Shown here: in pieces, positions 18,206-26,135 of the stretch | How positions within the stretch are numbered: the stretch's first letter is position 1 | Layout: every line of letters begins with the position of its first letter | Source: a virus | Lineage: Duplodnaviria; Heunggongvirae; Uroviricota; Caudoviricetes | IMG/VR virus record: IMGVR_UViG_3300031951_000044 | Reading direction: 5' to 3' (one strand) | Length of the DNA: 52,057 nt | Notes under the pieces: generated by a model | Told to the model about the DNA's origin: nothing | Seen by the model: only the letters and a program-made list of their open reading frames with translations | Database searches by the model: none | Made by a program: the position numbers and the translations under genes

Positions 18206-19023
18206 AGGTTTCTATAAAAAATATCATAATACCATTTATAACGGTCTTGAATCCAATTACAAACACCCTCACCTAAGATTTCTTTTGCGTTACTTTTTGG
18301 TAATTCAAGTTTTGTTTTGATTGTGTGGTCGCCATATATTCCATATACAGAATCATCTTCTTTTGTTATTTGATCAATTCTATCAAAAGAGTGATAAAAA
18401 GTTGGTAATTCAAAATAATTATAAATCCTTTCAACTTCTCTTCTTGGGTTAGTTACCAAATCTTCGTATCTTATAAAAAGCATTTTTTGATTATTTCCTT
18501 CCCTAAAAATTTGATATAGTCTTTCAACTGCTAAACCAACTGGTTGACTATTTGCCCAAATATCAACTCTTTTCTCGGTTGTTGTGCCTAGCATTTTTGA
18601 GTGGTCTATTAAACCGGAATCCATATGCTGATTTTCCCTAAACTTTTTTTCAAGAGAACAAAATATGTCTCGTAAATCTCTAACCATACAAATTATTTTT
18701 GGATTTGGATAAAATCCATCTAAAAAATTGTAATGTATTCCCCACCCTCTACTTTTATCTAAAACATATTTTTTATCTGTAATTGCATTAAAAAAACCAA
18801 ACATACCGTCATGACAAAATTTATTAAAACCACTTTTCATTAATTCATATTCTTGTGCTTTAAATTCTGGTGAATTTGTATAATTATTTCTAGCAGCATA
18901 AACCAATTCAAGAACACCAGAAGTCGGTGTTACATAAAAATTTGGATTTTGTCCTATTATATTTTGTAATAAAGTTGACCCCGCTCTAGGTAATGAGGAT
19001 TGAAAAAATATTTGTTCTGGCAT
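18202..19023 (-). CDS. PAPS-dependent sulfotransferase (P-loop, Sulfotransfer_3-like)
   Basis: 5'-PSB SSLPRAGSTLL; 3'-PB MVRDLRDIFCS; RYEDLVTNP. Confidence 0.9.
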   Translation of the reverse strand: MPEQIFFQSSLPRAGSTLLQNIIGQNPNFYVTPTSGVLELVYAARNNYTNSPEFKAQEYELMKSGFNKFCHDGMFGFFNAITDKKYVLDKSRGWGIHYNFLDGFYPNPKIICMVRDLRDIFCSLEKKFRENQHMDSGLIDHSKMLGTTTEKRVDIWANSQPVGLAVERLYQIFREGNNQKMLFIRYEDLVTNPRREVERIYNYFELPTFYHSFDRIDQITKEDDSVYGIYGDHTIKTKLELPKSNAKEILGEGVCNWIQDRYKWYYDIFYRNL

Positions 19024-19901
19024 TATTGTAAAATTGTTTGAATTACGATTTCAGGATTAAAAATATTATCATCAATAAATGGGCATTCTTGTGTTGAACC
19101 ATTAAATGAATAATCGAATAAATAACTGTCTGGTAGTTTTATTTCGGGTAAATTAGATATGATATTTTTATGTAGTCCATAACCAAAAACTGTTGGACTA
19201 GTCCCGACCCAGAGAACCACTGAAGGTAAACCCATTGCCGCAGCAGCGTGTTGTAAACTAGAATCAATTAAAACTCTTTTTTCTGATGCCATTAATAGCG
19301 AAAAAAGCTCCATATTTGTCATGGGTTTAAATAAGGGTTCAGTTCCTTCAATTACATTATTTTCATTTCTACAAATCTGTATTATATGATAATCATTTTT
19401 AAAAGCATTTACAATTGCTTGTGATGTAGAAAATGGCATATCTCTTGTCCAAGAGTAATTATATGGTTGTTCATTTATTGGACCACCATTTGTCTGAAGT
19501 ATCATAATTGGTTTATTACGTCTCCAATCTCTAATTGCTAATTGTTTATGTCTTAAATTAAAAACTAATTCAGGTGTTTCATTATTATATGTTAAATTAT
19601 ATATATTACACCAATTTTCAATTAGATGTTTCCTCTTGTAAATATGGTCTGTTGTAAAGTATGGTTCATGTTTAAATATTAAAGTATCATTATTTAATAT
19701 GTAATCCTGATAGAAATATGGCGTAATTCCAATTCTAAAAACTCTATCAACAAAAGGTAATGTTAAAAATACCTCAGGATAACTCGCAACAACAATTAAT
19801 TTTCTATCTTGATAGTTATTCTTAATACATTTTGCAACTGCTGTTGCTGCAACATTCTTTCCAAGACCACCTTCTATGTGAAAAAGACAATATTTTTCCA
19901 T
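19023..19901 (-). CDS. GT-B fold glycosyltransferase, GT9 (heptosyltransferase)-like
   Basis: N-term EGGLGKNV...KLIVV; C-term IDSSLQHAAAAMGLPSVVLW matches the GT9 DSG..H.A.A...P.V.L motif. Confidence 0.75.
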   Translation of the reverse strand: MEKYCLFHIEGGLGKNVAATAVAKCIKNNYQDRKLIVVASYPEVFLTLPFVDRVFRIGITPYFYQDYILNNDTLIFKHEPYFTTDHIYKRKHLIENWCNIYNLTYNNETPELVFNLRHKQLAIRDWRRNKPIMILQTNGGPINEQPYNYSWTRDMPFSTSQAIVNAFKNDYHIIQICRNENNVIEGTEPLFKPMTNMELFSLLMASEKRVLIDSSLQHAAAAMGLPSVVLWVGTSPTVFGYGLHKNIISNLPEIKLPDSYLFDYSFNGSTQECPFIDDNIFNPEIVIQTILQ

Positions 19902-19948
19902 AATTTTTTTATAGAAAAAATCTTAATAAATTAATTTAAGTAAATAGA

Positions 19949-22900
19949 TTAAGGTACGTAATATAGTCGATTTGAATCGGTTGAGCAATAATATATTGAC
20001 CCTGACGGTAGCCCAATAGGTCCGTTTGGTAATCCAATTATTGATAAATTATTAACAAACGTAGCACAATTTCTATTTGGTATGATATTTGACCCAATAA
20101 TAAAGGTGTTTGTATTACCTGTTATAGTATTATTTACACCGCCTAAAATACCAGATGATGTGGTTGCTCCAGAAATTATATTACCGCAACCACCGCCAAT
20201 AAATGAATAAACACCGCTTTCGGAATTATTAAATCCTCCAGCAATTGTTGAGCGACAACCAGATGATATATTTAATTGTCCTCCACCAACAAATGAATAA
20301 TTTCCTTGCGATCTATTTTGAAATCCACCTGATACCACAGAGAAATCACCATTTGGAATCCCTATCGCATTAATTAATATTGCTTGTGCGTCACTTGTAC
20401 CTCCTGTTGTGTTAGCACCAATTCCTGCTGCAATAGAACCACACCCTGTTGCAAAATTATTAACGCCAGCATTTATTGTTGAGTAGTTACCGCTAGCACT
20501 ATTTCTAGCTCCACCGGTTATTGTTGATCTTGTTGTGGCGCTATTTGCCCTACCGCCACCGATTGTTGATACTAATCCATAAATATAATTTTCCCTCCCA
20601 CCGGCTATTGTTGAGTCGCATAAAATACAATTACCGCTTCCAGTTATAGTATTCCCTGAACCTCCGCCAATAACGCTATATTTTTGGGCATATATTGAAT
20701 TATTGTAACCACCACCGATAAATGAACCTTCGGCATTTTGAAGACCGACTATTGGTGAAATTAAATTAGAACGACCACCAACAATTGTAGAAAAGATTGT
20801 TGTAGCACTATTGCAACTTCCACCAACAATTAATGAACATAAACCTGTTGCGGTATTTAAAAATCCGCCACCAATAAATGAATAATTATTAGAAGATAAA
20901 TTATTTTGACCACCAACAACAGTTGCGTAAGTTGTTGTCGCACTATTAGAACAACCTCCACCGATAAATGAACCACTACCACTAGCAATATTTGATAATC
21001 CTCCAACAACTACAGAAATAGCTGATGTTACACAATTTGAACTACCTCCACCGATAAATGAACCATCGCAACTAACAATATTTGATAATCCTCCAACAAC
21101 TGATGAATAAAGAGTTGTTGCGCCAGAAATTATATTACAGCGACCACCGCCAATAAATGAATAAGTACCAATATTAACATTTAATGCACCTCCAACAACC
21201 ACAGAAGCGTCAGATGTTGCACAATTTGAACTACCTCCACCGATAAATGAACAAGGACCACAAGATAAATTATTTTCACCTGCAACAATAACTGAACAAC
21301 ACGTTGTTGCACTATTCGAACCACCACCTCCAACAAATGAATTGTTTCCAGATGATAAATTATTTTCACCTGCAACAATAACTGAACAACACGTTGTTGC
21401 ACTATTGTTAAAACCACCCCCTATAAATGAACCTGAAGATAATGCTTTATTTGAACTTCCACCTCCTATAAATGAACAGTTTCCGGATGATAAATTACAT
21501 TCACCAGCAACAATAGTCGAATATGTTGTTGTTGCACTATTAGAACAACCTCCACCGATAAATGAACCACTACCACTAGCAATATTTGATAATCCTCCAA
21601 CAACGCTTGAATAAAAATTTGTCGTTCTATTTAAATAACCACCGGTTATAACCGAACCAAAACCACTCGCAATATTTAAACATCCACCACCAATTGATGC
21701 ATTATTATTGCAAATTAAATTGTTACTACCTCCAATTATAGATGAAAATGAACCACATATTTTATTATTATAACCACCACTTATAGTAGAATAAAATGAA
21801 TTTCCACTAAAACAACTTAAATTAGTGATGGAACCCTGAAAATAAACATTAGAACCGGTATCAAAAACATCTAATTGTATTTCAGTATAAGGTGGATTAT
21901 ATGTACTATTAGTTATTGCCGCACTATATATCACATTATCAATCCCATTATAAAAAGACGCTAAATTACCAATTTGATATATTGAAGTCAAATCTCCGGG
22001 AACACACACGGTATTACCTACATTATAATACGCACTTTGCGTTGTATTATTCAAACCATACCAATTTAAAATACCCCCACCAATAAAGTTATTAAAACCG
22101 TTATTTAAAGCAGAATTACCTTGACCACCAGCAATAACGGTACCTATTTGGCATGTGTTATTTGAATGACCATACACCGTCGAGTAAGCGCCGGACGCAA
22201 CATTAAGATTGTCTCGCCTAACCGAACTACAACTTCCGCTTCCAGAAATAATTACTGGTTGTGTCCATCCAGTAACCTGTACAGTACCGGCATCGGTTCT
22301 AGTTAATGTTAATGTATTTGTATTATCATCATAAGTTCCACCAGTAACATAGAAATCAGTATATCCACTTGTAAATCCACTAACAACAAATGTTCCACCA
22401 GAATTATTAAAGTAGGTTACTTCACCATTTAATGGATTATATGTGCCACCAGTTACAAAAACATCACCATATCCGGGTAATGTTACCGTTAATAAAGTTC
22501 CATCATTTCTTGTTGCACCTAAAGTATATGATGCTCCGGTATATGTTAATCCCGTAACAAATATATCCGTAGATGTTAAACCACTGATATCAAATGTCCC
22601 ACCAGAATTGTTAGTAAAACTTAGAGTACCAGCAGAATATGTTCCACCCGTTACATATACATCAAATGATGAAGATCCACTTTGTGATAAAATTCTCCAA
22701 TTTGCTGTCGCATATGTTGCACCCGGAGTTATTCCTTCAATTGTTGATGCTGTCCAAGCATCAATAAATGCTTGACCTTCGGGAGTTGAGCTATCAACCG
22801 TAGTACCAAATTGTGTTATTGTGACTGCGGTTGTTCCTGTTGCCGCACTAAATAATGATGTATAATTCGGAATGTTATATTGATATGTTGTTTCATTTTC

Positions 22901-23200
22901 ATAAACATATGCTAACATTCCTAATCTTCTTCTACCAGAAGATATATTATCAGAATTTAAAGTTAATACATCAGGATTTGGTGTGTTTATATTTAAACGT
23001 ATTGGAATTGTATTTCCTGAAGTTTCAACAGGTCCAGAAGAACCCACCGGTATTGTATAAATTAAATCATTTACAGAATATACTTCAACATAACCACCAA
23101 TACCTAATATACTAAAATTAGTTCCATAAAATCGATTTGGATTTACCGATTCGGGCGCATTTAATTGCGTTGCTGTTTGTGGATTTTTATATAATGACAT
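19949..23200 (-). CDS. Long tail fibre/adhesin with 15-aa S-x-I-x-GG-x-x-N repeats
   Basis: 1083 aa; D.(Y/F)VTGGTY repeats in the N-terminal third, then dozens of SFIGGG..N repeats typical of trimeric beta-roll/beta-helix heads. Confidence 0.75.
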   Translation of the reverse strand: MSLYKNPQTATQLNAPESVNPNRFYGTNFSILGIGGYVEVYSVNDLIYTIPVGSSGPVETSGNTIPIRLNINTPNPDVLTLNSDNISSGRRRLGMLAYVYENETTYQYNIPNYTSLFSAATGTTAVTITQFGTTVDSSTPEGQAFIDAWTASTIEGITPGATYATANWRILSQSGSSSFDVYVTGGTYSAGTLSFTNNSGGTFDISGLTSTDIFVTGLTYTGASYTLGATRNDGTLLTVTLPGYGDVFVTGGTYNPLNGEVTYFNNSGGTFVVSGFTSGYTDFYVTGGTYDDNTNTLTLTRTDAGTVQVTGWTQPVIISGSGSCSSVRRDNLNVASGAYSTVYGHSNNTCQIGTVIAGGQGNSALNNGFNNFIGGGILNWYGLNNTTQSAYYNVGNTVCVPGDLTSIYQIGNLASFYNGIDNVIYSAAITNSTYNPPYTEIQLDVFDTGSNVYFQGSITNLSCFSGNSFYSTISGGYNNKICGSFSSIIGGSNNLICNNNASIGGGCLNIASGFGSVITGGYLNRTTNFYSSVVGGLSNIASGSGSFIGGGCSNSATTTYSTIVAGECNLSSGNCSFIGGGSSNKALSSGSFIGGGFNNSATTCCSVIVAGENNLSSGNNSFVGGGGSNSATTCCSVIVAGENNLSCGPCSFIGGGSSNCATSDASVVVGGALNVNIGTYSFIGGGRCNIISGATTLYSSVVGGLSNIVSCDGSFIGGGSSNCVTSAISVVVGGLSNIASGSGSFIGGGCSNSATTTYATVVGGQNNLSSNNYSFIGGGFLNTATGLCSLIVGGSCNSATTIFSTIVGGRSNLISPIVGLQNAEGSFIGGGYNNSIYAQKYSVIGGGSGNTITGSGNCILCDSTIAGGRENYIYGLVSTIGGGRANSATTRSTITGGARNSASGNYSTINAGVNNFATGCGSIAAGIGANTTGGTSDAQAILINAIGIPNGDFSVVSGGFQNRSQGNYSFVGGGQLNISSGCRSTIAGGFNNSESGVYSFIGGGCGNIISGATTSSGILGGVNNTITGNTNTFIIGSNIIPNRNCATFVNNLSIIGLPNGPIGLPSGSIYYCSTDSNRLYYVP
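20940..21604. repeat. Exact intragenic direct repeats in fibre gene (71 bp x2; 53 bp x2)
   Basis: 71-bp copies at 20940..21010 and 21534..21604; 53-bp copies at 21264..21316 and 21354..21406. Confidence 0.85.
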
Positions 23201-23201
23201 A

Positions 23202-23999
23202 TTATTGAACTGTTAAACCTCTAAAATAAATATCAACGTTTATGTTATTTAAATAAAATTCTGTACTTGGGAAAGTCGTATATGTTCGATAAAATGTATT
23301 TGCAAATGTTGACCCCGTGTAATTAAAAATATAGGAATCAATGTTAGTATTCATAATAGCACCATTTAATATAAATGGTGAATTTTGATTACCATATGAA
23401 ATTTCAGTTTGGAGTTGATTATTTGTTAAGCTATTTGGTATAACCCAAGTATACCAAGCATCCTCTATTGCTGTTCCAGCGGGAACTTGCGTTGTTGTAA
23501 AATTATATGTTATATTTGGATTTCCAAATGAATCATTACCTGACGTTGTTTGTGGTACACTTTGATAAAAAACGGGAGGAAGTCCTGTTACACCAGAAGT
23601 TGCATACATTTTCATATATTCAATAAATTCTGTACCATTTAATGGTGGTGTACCATAACCAAACCCAAAAAATGTGGTATTTCCTTGTGCTGATAAATAC
23701 GTATAAATTTCTGAACTTCTGCTTATTGGTTCTATAAATAATAAAGCAAATAAATTTGCTGTTGAGGGTGGACCGGGTGGTATAATTATTGTAGAATCCG
23801 TACACCCGCTAGCATCAACAATCTCAATTAAAATTGAAGGTGCTGAATTCAAATAAGGTGGTAAAGATAATGTTACAGGAAATGTTGCACCACTGGGAAT
23901 GGGTCCAATATTTACAGGTGGATAATACCCATTTACATCAGAAACAAACACATCAAATGGTGATGCGCCAGTAATACTATTGAAGGTTAATGTACACAT
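23202..23999 (-). CDS. Virion structural protein
   Basis: 265 aa, within the fibre operon; N-terminal domain like 12481..12693. Confidence 0.6.
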   Translation of the reverse strand: MCTLTFNSITGASPFDVFVSDVNGYYPPVNIGPIPSGATFPVTLSLPPYLNSAPSILIEIVDASGCTDSTIIIPPGPPSTANLFALLFIEPISRSSEIYTYLSAQGNTTFFGFGYGTPPLNGTEFIEYMKMYATSGVTGLPPVFYQSVPQTTSGNDSFGNPNITYNFTTTQVPAGTAIEDAWYTWVIPNSLTNNQLQTEISYGNQNSPFILNGAIMNTNIDSYIFNYTGSTFANTFYRTYTTFPSTEFYLNNINVDIYFRGLTVQ

Positions 24000-24002
24000 A
24001 TT

Positions 24003-26135
24003 TTATATATCGTCACATGTTATATCATAAATAATTATAAGTTCAATTTTTACTCCAATATCACTTAAATTATTATTTAATGTGCAATCGGAATTTATAA
24101 TTATTTGGTTATTTGTATAATCAATTGTAACATCACCAATACCACTTATAGATTCAAGTAAAGTTTCTATTGTTCCATAAAGTTGTTCATCTGTTGGTAC
24201 ATCAATTAATGAATAACTTGTATAAACCGAACCAGATGTTGTTATTGTATTTGCAGTGACGCTTGCAATAAATTGAGCATTGTTAAGAACACATGTAGTG
24301 TCGCCGGTTGTTATATCCTGAAAACCATAATTTAACATTTCAATTAACCCAAATTTATTACCATAACTTAACTCCATATTATCGGAACAAATATTGAATG
24401 TTCTATATCCAGTATAAAGTGCGCTACAAGTAATTTCTATTTCTTGCGTATCTGTACAACCATTACTATCGGTTATAGTTACTGAGTAGTTACCAGAAGT
24501 TAATCCTGTTGCATAAATACCGCTAGAAACGCTTGGGAACCAATTTATTGTAAACGGTGGTGCACCAGATGTTAATATTACAGTTATTGTTCCTTCACTA
24601 CCTAAACCACAATCTGTGCCAAATAATGTGAAGTTTAATGGTGGTTCTTCTTGTATATAAAAACTTGAACTGATTACGCAACCTTCTTGGCTAGTTACAT
24701 TTGCAACATAATTTCCTGTGGGTAAATTTGTAAATGTAAAATTATCATCAACAGACAATGAACTTAAATTAACGGGTCCACTTATTTCATATAAAAATGG
24801 TGATGTGCCGCCTGTTGTTTTTTGTATTAAAACAACGCCATTATTTTGTCCGCAAGTTGACCCGGTTGTTGAGGTAGAAACGTTAAATAAGGGTGTTGAT
24901 ATTATTGACAACGATTGTGTATAAACACAAGTTGTACTACTTGCTGAAATAATTAAAGTGTATGAGCCACCTGATAAATTAGTGAAAGTTTGTGTTAAAA
25001 AATTAGATATTAACGACTCAGTACCATTTGGTCCGTCTATTTGATAGAAATATGGTGCTGTTCCTCCATTTATTACAACACTAATTTGACCATCGGTTGC
25101 ACCACAAGTTGTATTAACGACATTTACAGAAACAATATCAAAGGTATTTGGTGTTTCTAATGAGGTTGTTAATTGCGTATTGCATAAACCAACATCAGTT
25201 ATTGATACGCTAAATGGTCCTGAAGAAAGTCCAGTAAACACATAATTTGTTGAATATGTAATTTCTGTTGTAGCATTAGAACCGGAATAAAAAAATGGGC
25301 CGGTACCTCCCGTTACTGTTATAGTTATTTCCCCATCAGAAGAAAAACAGCTTGGAGAAATTACACTAGTTACAAAAGCACCCAACGAATCTGTTTGAGG
25401 TAAGTTATAAGCCGTAGTCAAAGAGCAGTTATCTGCTGAAGTCACATTAACGGTATATAGACCACTTGTTAAACCACTGATTGTACTTCCAGTTTCGCTT
25501 AAAATAGGTCCATTAATATCGCTCCACTGATAAGTAAATGGTGGTGTTCCAGTTTCCCCTGTTATAATTATTTTTCCACCAGTGCCGACACAACTAGTTG
25601 CGGGTATAATAAATGCACCATATGTTAAATTAGTAGATTCGTGAATAATACATGTTTCAGTAACACCAGTACATCCACCAGCATCTTCAATAACCCCATA
25701 ATAGATTCCGGGAGATAATGAGATAAATGTATGACTTTCACTTGTTGCTGTATAGCTATCAACTAAAGATGTACCACTATATAAATAAAAAACATTTTCA
25801 AATGGAGAACTTGTATTACCTGATATTGTGATTTCACCATTATTTTGATTACAAGTTGTATCTACTACATTTATTATTGATGCGCAAGCACCCGAACTAA
25901 TTGTAACGTTTACTAAGCTAATATTATTTGGTGTACTTGAGTCGTTTACCTCCACAAAATATGTTCCAGCGGATAATCCAGTTTGTGTTTGTCCGGTACC
26001 TAAATATGGGTCATACCACAAATAACTAAAAGGAGATGTGGTATTAACATTAGGTACTGCGGTTAAAGTCGCAGCACCAAGATTACTATTTGTACAATCA
26101 CCGGTTAATATTATATTGACATCAAAAATATTCAT
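24003..26135 (-). CDS. Multi-SprB-repeat fibre/adhesin-like protein
   Basis: Repeated C...DG.I.V...GGT.P(F/Y).Y...........GL..G.Y.V.(V/I)TD..GC units. Confidence 0.8.
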   Translation of the reverse strand: MNIFDVNIILTGDCTNSNLGAATLTAVPNVNTTSPFSYLWYDPYLGTGQTQTGLSAGTYFVEVNDSSTPNNISLVNVTISSGACASIINVVDTTCNQNNGEITISGNTSSPFENVFYLYSGTSLVDSYTATSESHTFISLSPGIYYGVIEDAGGCTGVTETCIIHESTNLTYGAFIIPATSCVGTGGKIIITGETGTPPFTYQWSDINGPILSETGSTISGLTSGLYTVNVTSADNCSLTTAYNLPQTDSLGAFVTSVISPSCFSSDGEITITVTGGTGPFFYSGSNATTEITYSTNYVFTGLSSGPFSVSITDVGLCNTQLTTSLETPNTFDIVSVNVVNTTCGATDGQISVVINGGTAPYFYQIDGPNGTESLISNFLTQTFTNLSGGSYTLIISASSTTCVYTQSLSIISTPLFNVSTSTTGSTCGQNNGVVLIQKTTGGTSPFLYEISGPVNLSSLSVDDNFTFTNLPTGNYVANVTSQEGCVISSSFYIQEEPPLNFTLFGTDCGLGSEGTITVILTSGAPPFTINWFPSVSSGIYATGLTSGNYSVTITDSNGCTDTQEIEITCSALYTGYRTFNICSDNMELSYGNKFGLIEMLNYGFQDITTGDTTCVLNNAQFIASVTANTITTSGSVYTSYSLIDVPTDEQLYGTIETLLESISGIGDVTIDYTNNQIIINSDCTLNNNLSDIGVKIELIIIYDITCDDI

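Noticed and set aside
12690-19901. Eukaryotic giant virus (NCLDV) origin suggested by RCC1, LRR and glycosyltransferases
   Set aside because: Contractile baseplate genes, a DnaG-type primase, an SF4 helicase and operon-style overlapping genes indicate a tailed bacteriophage
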